Translations under genes and position numbers: made by a program
Shown: piece after piece, positions 28,378-37,503 of the stretch
How positions within the stretch are numbered: the stretch's first letter is position 1
Layout of the letters: every line of letters begins with the position of its first letter
Source: Treponema sp.
Lineage (GTDB): Bacteria; Spirochaetota; Spirochaetia; Treponematales; Treponemataceae
Direction of reading: 5' to 3'
DNA: 64,000 nucleotides
NCBI GenBank assembly: GCA_017464425.1
Contig: JAFUDX010000012.1
Coordinates: 139,861 to 203,860, forward strand
Notes under the pieces: model-generated
Databases searched by the model: none
Told to the model about the DNA's origin: nothing
What the model saw: only the letters and a program-made list of their open reading frames with translations

Positions 28378-30798
28378 ATGAAAAACAATGTTCTTATAAA
28401 AATCAAGGGTGGATTTCTCGTTATTTGTTCTGCATTTTTGATTCTGGCTTGTCGCCCTGAGCATGATCCTGAGCCCGTAGAAAAAAGTGACCCAATAACT
28501 GACCCGTCTGGTACGCCAGCTACACCAACTGTTCCTAAGAATGGTATTTTGGCAGATTCTTACTTTTGGGGAACATGGGTGCGCATGGACAGTGGAACTG
28601 AATATCAGTTTAAAGAGCGCTATGTCGAATACAATGGAAGCTATTATGAAAATTCCAGTGGAAGCGCGTCATATCTCAATGTAAAAACGCTTGGAACATT
28701 TGAAAGACAATCAGAATCTGTCATGCTTATTGGTTCGATTCCATTGTTCCGAAAAGGCGGTGCCGATTTGGAATATTCCGTAAAACTCGTGGGCTTTTTG
28801 GGCAGTTCTTCACGAGCGGCGGGTACTTCTGGCGAAGGAGAAGAATCTCTTGCGAATTATACGGTAACTGGAACAACAGAAGGCTTTCCTTCAAGCGAAA
28901 ACGAAACGATTTCAGATTCTAATGGCGAGGCAAAACTTATTGCCAAGCGACCAGGCGAGCAGACGGTGCGCGTTACAACGGGAGACAAAGAGCAAACGAC
29001 ACATGGACTTACGGTAACACGAAACGGTGCCAATGTCGGAAAAATTGTTGTTGCGAATGAAAATGATTGCAGCCTTAAGGTTACCGTTCCAGAACTTGAA
29101 AACTCGACTTATTTGTATGCGAATAGGTCTTATGAAAATCTTGAAATATCAATTGAAAACACAGGCACGCAGAACTGCGGTGTTGCGCAGGTTGTCTTGT
29201 CAGCAAATAGTGATTTTGTGACGCTTTCAGGTGATACTGATTTTACTACAGGAACATTAAAACCAGGTGTGTCAAAGACTGGTAAGAGATTTAATTTGAC
29301 TTTTAACACTTTTTCAGACCCGTATATTGATGTTGAAATTAGCATTCAGATTAAAATATTTGGTACTCCAGACAGAATTTGGGATGACGGTGTTTCATTG
29401 CGTGTATTCCGCGGTCAAATGCCAGTGACAATCTCCGCCGCTAGTATCGAAAACAATCCAAATGCGCGATTAAAGGGATTTGTGATTTATCCTGACAAAA
29501 ATCACAAACATTTCTCTCTGAAAAATAATACTTCTGCGACACTCTATGTCCCAACTTTTAGTGCAGAAAATGAGTTTATGATGGTCTTTTGCGGGGCGGC
29601 TACTGCAGACTCTCTTGCCGATAATACGGAAATGTTCTATACGGTCGCTTTTGACACAGTGGAACCGCGAACTGTCGTCACTAAAGGCGATAATGTAGGA
29701 ACATATGTGCATTATGGTGAAGATAGCGGGGGCAATCAAACAGAGACTTCCGCGTATGACACAGAGGGCGAGTCATCTTTTGAGGCATGTCTGCCTGATA
29801 AAGACATTGATTATTATCGAATAAAAGTTGAAAGCTCTTCGACTACATATTATGGCGCGGAATCATCGTATAATCTTTCCGTTGATAGCTACTCGTATAA
29901 TGAGGCTGTTCTGAGCTGGGATTTGGCAAGTGGAATCCTTGATAGCAATGTCTGCTTGTATAAAGATGGCAGGCTCGTTGCAAGCGGTGTTTCTTCTCCT
30001 TACACCGTTAAGAATCTGTCTGAAAATACAAACTACAACTTTATTCTTAAAAATGCATATGGTGATGATATTTCTTCTGCAGTTACCGTAAAAACAGCGG
30101 AAAAACCGTCTCTTACCATTTCTTGCACGAGTTATTCTTCTACAACGGCAGACTTAAAAGTCGTGAATAATAACACTTCGAGTGGCACATTCTATCTATA
30201 CACAAATGGATACTACGGTAACATTACAAAAACTTTCTCTGCCAATAGTTCTGTCACATTCACAGTCTCTGGACTTTCGAAAAAAACAACATACACCTTT
30301 GTTTTAAAAACATCATCTTCCTCTGACTCCGACGAGATTTCAAATGAAATCTCTGTAACGACTTTAGCTGCGGAGCCTGTTGAGGGAAGCCCAACATTAA
30401 AAGTGACTGATGCAATGATTCAGCGAGGAAAGCAACTTGGTATTGCTTATAATTCTTATTATGGATATTATCCGTACTATGAATATAGTTGGAGTTATAC
30501 CAAGTTGGTTTGGACTTCGGTAGCTGGAGCTGAAAAATATAAGGTTTATAGATATGCTTCAAATGTTACAGGATTAGCGATTAGTCAAATTATCTCAAAA
30601 GGATCTGTGGTTACAACAACTTCTGACACGGCTTGTACCGATTCCAATATAAACAAAGCCGAAGATTTTTTATACTATGTTGTTGTTCCAATTGATAATT
30701 CAGGAGTTATGCAACAAGCTAATGCAAGCAATGCCGTTTGTGTTTATCTATCGGATTTAGATGACTATTATGGTACTTTTTCTTGGACTACTGAATAA
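28378..30798 (+). CDS. Large lipoprotein with fibronectin type III-like repeats
   Basis: Lipobox 'FLILACRP'. FN3-like units are visible ('AVLSWDL...YTVKNLSENTNYNFIL', 'VTFTVSGLSKKTTYTFVL', 'LVWTSVAGAEKYKVYRY'). Confidence 0.6.
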   Translation: MKNNVLIKIKGGFLVICSAFLILACRPEHDPEPVEKSDPITDPSGTPATPTVPKNGILADSYFWGTWVRMDSGTEYQFKERYVEYNGSYYENSSGSASYLNVKTLGTFERQSESVMLIGSIPLFRKGGADLEYSVKLVGFLGSSSRAAGTSGEGEESLANYTVTGTTEGFPSSENETISDSNGEAKLIAKRPGEQTVRVTTGDKEQTTHGLTVTRNGANVGKIVVANENDCSLKVTVPELENSTYLYANRSYENLEISIENTGTQNCGVAQVVLSANSDFVTLSGDTDFTTGTLKPGVSKTGKRFNLTFNTFSDPYIDVEISIQIKIFGTPDRIWDDGVSLRVFRGQMPVTISAASIENNPNARLKGFVIYPDKNHKHFSLKNNTSATLYVPTFSAENEFMMVFCGAATADSLADNTEMFYTVAFDTVEPRTVVTKGDNVGTYVHYGEDSGGNQTETSAYDTEGESSFEACLPDKDIDYYRIKVESSSTTYYGAESSYNLSVDSYSYNEAVLSWDLASGILDSNVCLYKDGRLVASGVSSPYTVKNLSENTNYNFILKNAYGDDISSAVTVKTAEKPSLTISCTSYSSTTADLKVVNNNTSSGTFYLYTNGYYGNITKTFSANSSVTFTVSGLSKKTTYTFVLKTSSSSDSDEISNEISVTTLAAEPVEGSPTLKVTDAMIQRGKQLGIAYNSYYGYYPYYEYSWSYTKLVWTSVAGAEKYKVYRYASNVTGLAISQIISKGSVVTTTSDTACTDSNINKAEDFLYYVVVPIDNSGVMQQANASNAVCVYLSDLDDYYGTFSWTTE

Positions 30799-30944
30799 AT
30801 AAGAGAAAAATCATCTTCTCTGAATGTATGTAAACTGTTGCCATTATGGTGCAAAAAGACCGTTGTGTATGGCGATGAAGTTGTTATGACTGTTTTCATC
30901 GCTTGAAAGGCACACAAAAATAGCATCTGGATTAGGAGCGGAAT

Positions 30945-31385
30945 ATGTTGGAACGCAAACCTTTATTGCATAAACTCTCTATTGGAATCTGCACGCTGTT
31001 TGGGGTGAGCATTCCATTTACGGGGTGTATTAATGATGTCTATGGACCAGCCGAAGTCTACGGACCTCCAGATCCAACTCTGTACGAGGCTTCCGAGTTA
31101 TATGGCAAGGTCACTGCAAAAAATGACGGTACAAATTTACCGGCAATAAAGGTGACCGTTCTTTTGGACGGAAAGGAGATTGCTTCTACAACGACATATG
31201 CAAACGGCTCTTATTATTTTTCGCTTTCAACAGGAAAATTTACTGCAAATACGACTTATACAATACAATTTGAAGATGTGGATGGGGCGACTAACGGCTC
31301 TTATGAGACATTTTCTGATTCGGTAACTTTGGAATCTCTTTCAGTAAGCACGAGAAAGGATGCGCAGTTGGTCGTGGTACAATGA
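30945..31385 (+). CDS. Radical-SAM-associated small lipoprotein (carboxypeptidase-regulatory-like beta-sandwich), copy 1
   Basis: Lipobox 'IPFTGCIN'. 'LYGKVTAKNDGTNLPAIKVTVLLDGKEIASTTTYANGSYYF' is CarboxypepD_reg-like. Its stop overlaps the radical SAM start by 4 nt. Confidence 0.6.
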   Translation: MLERKPLLHKLSIGICTLFGVSIPFTGCINDVYGPAEVYGPPDPTLYEASELYGKVTAKNDGTNLPAIKVTVLLDGKEIASTTTYANGSYYFSLSTGKFTANTTYTIQFEDVDGATNGSYETFSDSVTLESLSVSTRKDAQLVVVQ

Positions 31386-32488
31386 AAAGCCTTTCTCTTC
31401 TTGAAATTTTAAAACGCGAACTGTTTCGGCGGTATCGTATTTCTGAAACCAGACGCCATGACTTGTACCATCTTTTTTGGGAATGTACGCTTCGGTGTAA
31501 TTTCAATTGTCGTCACTGTGGTTCAGATTGCCTTGCTGAAAGTTCCGTAAAAGATATGCCGCTTGCAGATTTCTTAAATGCATTGGATAAAATCAAGCGT
31601 AAGCGAAAAACAAATCGAAAACTTATGGTGGCAATTATTGGAGGCGAGCCATTGCTTCGTTCTGATTTGGAACAGGCGGGGAGGGCGATTCGTGAGCTTG
31701 GTTATAACTGGGGAATCGTAACGAACGGATTTTTGCTTACTCCAGAGCGGTTTAATTCTCTGGTTGCAGCAGGATTAAGCACGATAAGCATTAGTCTTGA
31801 CGGATTAGAAAAAGAGCATGCTTATCTTCGGCAAAATGAAAAATCTTTTGAAAAGGCATGCCGTGCAATAGATTTATGCGTTTCTTTTCAGCGGGATTTT
31901 CCCCGTATGCTCGTGTATGATGTGATTACTTGTGTGCATCACGGAAATCTTTCCATTCTGCCAGCTTTGCGTGATTTCCTGATTGAAAAGGGGGTGATTG
32001 CATGGCGCATCTTTTCTATCTTTCCGAGCGGTCGGGCTTCTCTTGGTGATTTGGCTTTGACACCCTCAGAATATCGTGAGCTACTTGATTTTATTGTGGA
32101 AACTCGGCAGTACAAAACATCGGACGGAAAATCAATACACCTGCAGTATTCATGCGAAGGCTATCTTGGAACATATGAGCAAAAGGTACGGGATAGTTTT
32201 TTCTTCTGTCGTGGGGGAATCAATGTGGGCTCAATTATGTGCGATGGCTCAATTTCTGCCTGTCTGAGTGTACGGAGCTGTGCGTTCATTCAGGGGAACA
32301 TTTACAAAGACGATTTCATGGATGTGTGGAACAATCGCTTTGAGAATATGCGGAATCGTTCGTGGGCAAAGGTGGGAATATGTGAGCACTGCAAGAACTG
32401 GCGGTGGTGCGAGGGAAACGGACTTCACCTTCATCAAGATGACCACTCGGAATGTGTTCATTGTAATCTCAATCTGATTGAAGCATGA
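31382..32488 (+). CDS. Radical SAM/SPASM-domain enzyme, copy 1
   Basis: 'CTLRCNFNCRHCGSDC' (CxxxCxxC), with 'GGEPLL' and a Cys-rich C-terminus 'CEHCKNWRWCEGNG...SECVHC' (SPASM-like). No signal peptide. Confidence 0.8.
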   Translation: MKSLSLLEILKRELFRRYRISETRRHDLYHLFWECTLRCNFNCRHCGSDCLAESSVKDMPLADFLNALDKIKRKRKTNRKLMVAIIGGEPLLRSDLEQAGRAIRELGYNWGIVTNGFLLTPERFNSLVAAGLSTISISLDGLEKEHAYLRQNEKSFEKACRAIDLCVSFQRDFPRMLVYDVITCVHHGNLSILPALRDFLIEKGVIAWRIFSIFPSGRASLGDLALTPSEYRELLDFIVETRQYKTSDGKSIHLQYSCEGYLGTYEQKVRDSFFFCRGGINVGSIMCDGSISACLSVRSCAFIQGNIYKDDFMDVWNNRFENMRNRSWAKVGICEHCKNWRWCEGNGLHLHQDDHSECVHCNLNLIEA

Positions 32489-32569
32489 GAATGTTATAGT
32501 CGCCAAGCCAGAAATATTATATTTATAGTCAAATAAACTCGTTATGTATGGTCGTAGTTTAAATAAAAT

Positions 32570-32598
32570 TTGATTTTTCTAGGTTATTAGACTATAAT
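32570..32598 (+). promoter_or_regulatory. Promoter-like site P2: TTGATTTTTCT-N9-GACTATAAT (-35 TTGATT, 17-nt spacer, -10 TATAAT)
   Basis: Read directly. It is a near-duplicate of P1 and sits 37 nt upstream of the ATG at 32636, which has an AAGGAG RBS. Confidence 0.55.
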
Positions 32599-32635
32599 TT
32601 TAAAAACTAAGACAACTTTAAGGAGCGTCTAGAGA

Positions 32636-33973
32636 ATGGATAAAAATCTTAACAATGAAACGGAAAAGCGGCTTGGCTTGAACGGCTTGTTTGTGGTTCT
32701 CACCCTGCTTGTTTTGTACGGTATTTCTTGCACGGCTATAAAATCCTGGCAGATATACACGGATGAATTCTTTGGGGTGATAGAACTGGGGCTGTGCTCG
32801 CTGGTTGTGTCTGCCCTTTGGATTTTCATGTACTGGTTTTTGGACAGAATTAAGCATGAAAGCCTTAAAATGACCGTGCTCACCTTCTTTTTGGGTGTCG
32901 TTGCGTATCTTTCTGGCAAAGGTGTTCTTGAGTGGATTATCGGCACCGAAGTTTCGGTGCTCATGGAAAACATTTGGCTACCTGTCGTTTCATTTTTCCT
33001 TGTCTTTACCTTTATCGTCGTTAAGTTGCGCTCTTTTGACGAACTGGTTGATTCCTTTATTTATGGCGGATTTTTGGGAACGGGTATTGCATTTGCTTCG
33101 TGCATGACGGAATTTGTTCACTATACCAGCCTTGACGGTCAGTTTGTGATTATCGAATTGATTACGCGCATTTCTGTGCATGCGGCAGTCTGTTCGCTTG
33201 CAGGATTTTTGATTCATCAGGCACTTCTAAAGAAAAAAATTCTCCGATTGATTCTTTCTGTCGTACTCATGACGCTGCTTTTTACCATTGATTATTGCGT
33301 TGAGCAGATTTTCTTAAAAAACATTGAGCTTGTGGGAATCACGATTCTTCCCGTTCTTGTTTCGGTTGTTTTCGCGGCTCTTCTTGTCGCTGTCGTCGTA
33401 CTGCTTATCCATCGGATTTTAAAAAGGGGTGAGCTTGATGCAGCTTCCTTAACCTTACCAAGCAATCGTGCCACCGCAGTGATTATGGTGACTATGCTTG
33501 TCTTGTTCTTGGGATATGCCTTCTCGCTCCGCTATTCAGAATTCAAGACTGAAAAATTTGTCTCTTCAAACGGGGAGTGGTCGTTCAGTTTGCCAAAAGG
33601 CTTTTCTTGCGTGGAAGAACGCTCGAATACGAGTAGCTTTAACTTTGATATTCCGACTGGAAATGTATTCTACAAAAATAAAAACGGCTCAATAAATCTC
33701 TATCTGTTTTACGATGCCGACACGGATTTGGTTAAAATTATTGACCCTCTCAAACTCGGTTCAGAAAATGGGTGGGATATTTCTGTCGGCTTTAACAGTT
33801 TTGTCGCTGATGACTCGTATGGCAATCCCTTTATGCTGTATCAGAAAACATACAAAATCAAAAAAGGCGAGAATGAATTGCTGATTGATGTGTTCAGTGA
33901 CCAAAAAGAAGACGAAGAGGCAAATCGTGCCGTAAGAGTCTTAATCAGAACTTTGGAGGCAAAAAATGACTAG
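32636..33973 (+). CDS. Polytopic membrane protein, PrsW-like intramembrane protease fold, with C-terminal extracytoplasmic domain
   Basis: About 8 hydrophobic helices. 'FLDRIKHESLKMTVLTFFLG', 'YGGFLGTGIAFASCMTEFVHY' and 'RISVHAAV' line up with PrsW-family motifs but are partly divergent. The last 150 aa are soluble. Confidence 0.4.
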   Translation: MDKNLNNETEKRLGLNGLFVVLTLLVLYGISCTAIKSWQIYTDEFFGVIELGLCSLVVSALWIFMYWFLDRIKHESLKMTVLTFFLGVVAYLSGKGVLEWIIGTEVSVLMENIWLPVVSFFLVFTFIVVKLRSFDELVDSFIYGGFLGTGIAFASCMTEFVHYTSLDGQFVIIELITRISVHAAVCSLAGFLIHQALLKKKILRLILSVVLMTLLFTIDYCVEQIFLKNIELVGITILPVLVSVVFAALLVAVVVLLIHRILKRGELDAASLTLPSNRATAVIMVTMLVLFLGYAFSLRYSEFKTEKFVSSNGEWSFSLPKGFSCVEERSNTSSFNFDIPTGNVFYKNKNGSINLYLFYDADTDLVKIIDPLKLGSENGWDISVGFNSFVADDSYGNPFMLYQKTYKIKKGENELLIDVFSDQKEDEEANRAVRVLIRTLEAKND

Positions 33974-35483
33974 TTTTGGAACAAAAATGAAAAAAACGCT
34001 GTTTTTCGTTATTCTGACCCTCTCATGTATTCATCCCGTGCTTGCGCAAACGGAGCATGAGGGCGACTGGTTTTCTGCAGAAACGCTTTCTTCTGTCGTT
34101 AAATTGAGCAGCTTGCTTGTAACATATGATGTTGAGGGCTTGCCACGAGATTATACATACCATACAAAGGGGGGTGAACCTGATTTTGGAGATGCGCTTG
34201 TTGTGTCTGAGTCAGCAGAATTAACCCATGTGGGCACTGGTGTCATTATAACAAAAGAAGGCCTCATTATTTCTAATGCTCATGTCACACGGGCGTATAT
34301 TGAGCCGACCATACAAGAATTAAAGGGAAGCAAGGTCGGGCCAAACGGCAAGCCGATTACGCGCGTTATTATCAATCCGTTTACGAATATAATGTTTGTG
34401 GGCATGGTAGACGCTAATCGGCTTGAACGGGGGGATGATGCCCAAAAACTCAAGTATATTGCGTATATTCTTGAAGATGATGCCAATTACAATAATTCCC
34501 GTGACCGTGCCGTACTGCAGATTTTGTCTGAGTGCCACTTGGGAGCAAATGGCGTGCCTGTATCGGACGGAAAAGTTGAAAATCTAAACCTCCCGCATGC
34601 GAAATTCGGAAATCCGTTCAGAACATCATTTACAGACCGAAAAGTTCGGGCGATGGGATTTCCTGGCACGGGGGATCCAAACCGTTCTGCGCGGACATCT
34701 GGTGAGCTATTAGGTTACGAAGATGAAAAAACATCAAAAATCCTTCATACAAGCTATATTTCTGGCGGAAACAGCGGCGGCGGTCTTTTTCATAAAGACG
34801 CGCTGATTGGTATAAATACATGGGATAAATTGCAGAACAAAAGCCGTCCTGTTGCAATCGCTCAGCCAGTTACCTACTGGTTTGACTTGCTCTCAAAAGT
34901 AAAATGGATTTATCCGGGCATTGAGCTTCCTGATGGCTTGATGCTGGACTGGATTGATGATGATCCTGGCAAAGAAAACTATAAAGACGAAGTGCAGGTT
35001 TTCCTTAAATTCGTGTCTGATTCAAACAAAAATATTCCTGTCACGAGCGGAAAGATATATGCGCACCGTGTCGATACCGATATTGACGATGTGCTTACCT
35101 ATATTTCCGTTGCAAAAGATTTGAACGAAGGCATGATGATTTCTTATTGGCTGCAGTATTACACCGTTGATGAATTCGTAAAAGAATCTGGATACAACAA
35201 AGCCTATGTTGAGTTGTTCAAGTCTGTTACGGATGAAAAACAACTGCGTGATATGATTCGTCCTGAGCTTCGCCCGTATTTTGATGAATGGTATAACGGT
35301 ACATTCTATTGTAAGACCGTCGATTTAAAAGACGAAGACGGCAAAACAGCTATTTCTGTTCCGAAAGATTCAAAGACGCACATCACTTTTGTGAGTGATG
35401 ACGGAAATGCAAAGACCACATTTACATTTACAAGCGACTCTGACTATTTTCAAGGACGATTCACTATTCCTGTAAAGCAATAG
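33966..35483 (+). CDS. Secreted trypsin-like (S1/S1C) serine protease with unknown C-terminal domain
   Basis: GGAGG RBS and signal peptide '..FFVILTLSCIHPVLAQ'. The catalytic triad contexts are 'ISNAHV', 'DRAVLQI' and 'GGNSGGGLF'. It overlaps the upstream gene by 8 nt. Confidence 0.8.
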   Translation: MTSFGTKMKKTLFFVILTLSCIHPVLAQTEHEGDWFSAETLSSVVKLSSLLVTYDVEGLPRDYTYHTKGGEPDFGDALVVSESAELTHVGTGVIITKEGLIISNAHVTRAYIEPTIQELKGSKVGPNGKPITRVIINPFTNIMFVGMVDANRLERGDDAQKLKYIAYILEDDANYNNSRDRAVLQILSECHLGANGVPVSDGKVENLNLPHAKFGNPFRTSFTDRKVRAMGFPGTGDPNRSARTSGELLGYEDEKTSKILHTSYISGGNSGGGLFHKDALIGINTWDKLQNKSRPVAIAQPVTYWFDLLSKVKWIYPGIELPDGLMLDWIDDDPGKENYKDEVQVFLKFVSDSNKNIPVTSGKIYAHRVDTDIDDVLTYISVAKDLNEGMMISYWLQYYTVDEFVKESGYNKAYVELFKSVTDEKQLRDMIRPELRPYFDEWYNGTFYCKTVDLKDEDGKTAISVPKDSKTHITFVSDDGNAKTTFTFTSDSDYFQGRFTIPVKQ

Positions 35484-35490
35484 GAGCTTT

Positions 35491-37503
35491 ATGGTTCATA
35501 TGGTGCAAAAAATGGCACTCGATACAAGTTTTTGTTTTTGGGTGTCATTTTTCGTATTCTGCATATTTTTGCTTTTCTCGATTGCCACCGCTATACATCG
35601 CCTGGATATTGTAAAGCCATTGCGTGTCTTTGGAATAGGGCTTGCCGTATGTGATTTTATCATACTGATTCCGATTCTGCATGCAATCGGCGAGTGCGGA
35701 GATGGAGGCGTGGCTTCCGTTTCTTCGGCGATTATGAACATGGCGCAGCTGGTTACGCTTAATGTCGGCTATGACGCGCTGATAAAGGCTGCGGACGAAG
35801 CGCATGTGCTGGTGTTTTTTACGATACTCTGTGTGCTCACGCCTGCTGTCTGGGGAGGGGTGGTGCTCACTCTGTTTGAAAACCTTTCCAGCTATCTTGC
35901 CTATCAAATTTTTAGTCCGTTTATCCCGGTTTATTTTTTTTCCGAACTGAATGAAAACGCGCTCATGCTTGCACAGAGCATAAAAAACCAAAAAGGAAGG
36001 AAAACTCTCTGCATTTTTTGCGGCATTTCTGAAAATACCTCTCCCGAATTAAAAGAAGAAGTAAAGAATAACAGTTTCCTTTTACTAAAGCAAAGCGAAG
36101 CTTCGTGTATAAAAAATCCTAAAAATCAGCAGACATACTTTGAAATTTCTGAAAATCAAAATGAAAACCTTACGCATACCTGCACGCTTATTCACGCCTG
36201 TACAAAAGCATACGGGGACTGTGATTATTCAAACATGCGGATTTATCTTTTTTCTGAACAGGAAGAAGCACCCCTGCTTTTAAATTCGATTGACAAAAAA
36301 GGAATCCCCGTCATTCTTGTGGACCGTGACCGATTTGTCGCGCATGATTTGCTGTTTACGCATCCGCTCTATGAAGTGCTCAGTGACGGTTCAAAAACAA
36401 TTTCTGTGCTCATCGTGGGAGACGGGCGGCTTGCGAATGAGATTTTAAAAACAAGCGTCTGGTGCGGTCAGCTTGGAAAAAACTATCATTTAAAAATAAA
36501 TGCTATCACTAAAAATGCATCTCATTCTGAAAAAGTCATGCGTCTTGAATACCCGGAATTTTTTAACGGTGAGTATGATATTTCTTTTTTTGAGGCCGAC
36601 ATCACGACCTGTGATTTTGAGGCATGCCTTGACGAGCACTGTGCTGATGTAAATTATATCTGCGTCTGTTCTGAATCTGACGAAACAAACAGCCATGTCG
36701 CTCTCTATCTTCGTGCTTACTATTTCCGTAAAAATACAGATTCTTTTAAAAAGCCGTTTATTGCCGTTTGTGTGCGCGACAGCTCAAAAAATGCCATTAT
36801 TCCAGAATTTACCGCTGTTCCGCGCGAGAAATTGCTTTCAAAAAAAATACAGAGCGATTCCGATGCGGCTTTGAATTACAATTTGTTTGCGTTTGATTCA
36901 GACCGCTTGTTTTATTCATCGTATCTGATTGATTCCCCATTGGAGCGGATTGCGCTTAATGTGCATTTTGGCTATGAACTTTCATTTTCTGAAGGAACAG
37001 CGAGTTCCTCATTGGCTCGGAAAACCTATTACGCAAATGAAACTGGAATCCGTTCAAATCGTGCGAATGCGCTGCATATTCGGTATAAATTGTTCCTGTT
37101 AGGCTATGATTTAAAAGCACTTTCTTTTGTGAAGGGGGCGCAAGAATCAGAACGAGACGAACTCGCGCAAAAACTGCAAGCGGATATTGAAACGAATGTG
37201 CTCATGCTTTCTCTGATTGAGCATGACCGATGGAATGCGTTTATGCGGAGCGAAGGCTGGCGAAGCGCAAGTCTGGAACAGGCGAAAAAGGCGGGAACTC
37301 ACAAAATTACACGCGCAAAAATGCATGCCTGCTTGTGTACATGGGATGAACTTGATTCTTTTGCTGAATTTGACCCCAAATTTAAAGAATATGATGAAAT
37401 CATGATAAAAAATATTCCGTATTTGCTCGGACTGATTCCCCACAAGCTAAACATAAGCGGTGTGAACGCTGTGCTTGAAAAAAGGAGCAACTATGGAAAC
37501 TAA
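35491..37503 (+). CDS. Polytopic membrane protein with cytoplasmic Rossmann-like (GxGxxA) domain and RyR-like C-terminal domain
   Basis: The N-terminal 150 aa hold about 4-5 TM helices. 'ISVLIVGDGRLANEIL' is a dinucleotide-fold signature. 'LIEHDRWNAFMRSEGW...HACLCTWDELD' resembles bacterial RyR-domain repeats. The start is ambiguous (35491, 35500 or 35515). Confidence 0.5.
   Translation: MVHMVQKMALDTSFCFWVSFFVFCIFLLFSIATAIHRLDIVKPLRVFGIGLAVCDFIILIPILHAIGECGDGGVASVSSAIMNMAQLVTLNVGYDALIKAADEAHVLVFFTILCVLTPAVWGGVVLTLFENLSSYLAYQIFSPFIPVYFFSELNENALMLAQSIKNQKGRKTLCIFCGISENTSPELKEEVKNNSFLLLKQSEASCIKNPKNQQTYFEISENQNENLTHTCTLIHACTKAYGDCDYSNMRIYLFSEQEEAPLLLNSIDKKGIPVILVDRDRFVAHDLLFTHPLYEVLSDGSKTISVLIVGDGRLANEILKTSVWCGQLGKNYHLKINAITKNASHSEKVMRLEYPEFFNGEYDISFFEADITTCDFEACLDEHCADVNYICVCSESDETNSHVALYLRAYYFRKNTDSFKKPFIAVCVRDSSKNAIIPEFTAVPREKLLSKKIQSDSDAALNYNLFAFDSDRLFYSSYLIDSPLERIALNVHFGYELSFSEGTASSSLARKTYYANETGIRSNRANALHIRYKLFLLGYDLKALSFVKGAQESERDELAQKLQADIETNVLMLSLIEHDRWNAFMRSEGWRSASLEQAKKAGTHKITRAKMHACLCTWDELDSFAEFDPKFKEYDEIMIKNIPYLLGLIPHKLNISGVNAVLEKRSNYGN

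Noticed and set aside
30824-30889. A 21-codon Cys-rich ORF (MYVNCCHYGAKRPLCMAMKLL) sits in the 146-nt gap just upstream of the first lipoprotein + radical SAM/SPASM module. It is tempting as a RiPP precursor.
   Set aside because: It has no Shine-Dalgarno sequence. It overlaps a hairpin (30872-30902). The second radical SAM module (47588-47602) has no room for an equivalent ORF. It would be worth revisiting only if homologous small ORFs are found elsewhere.
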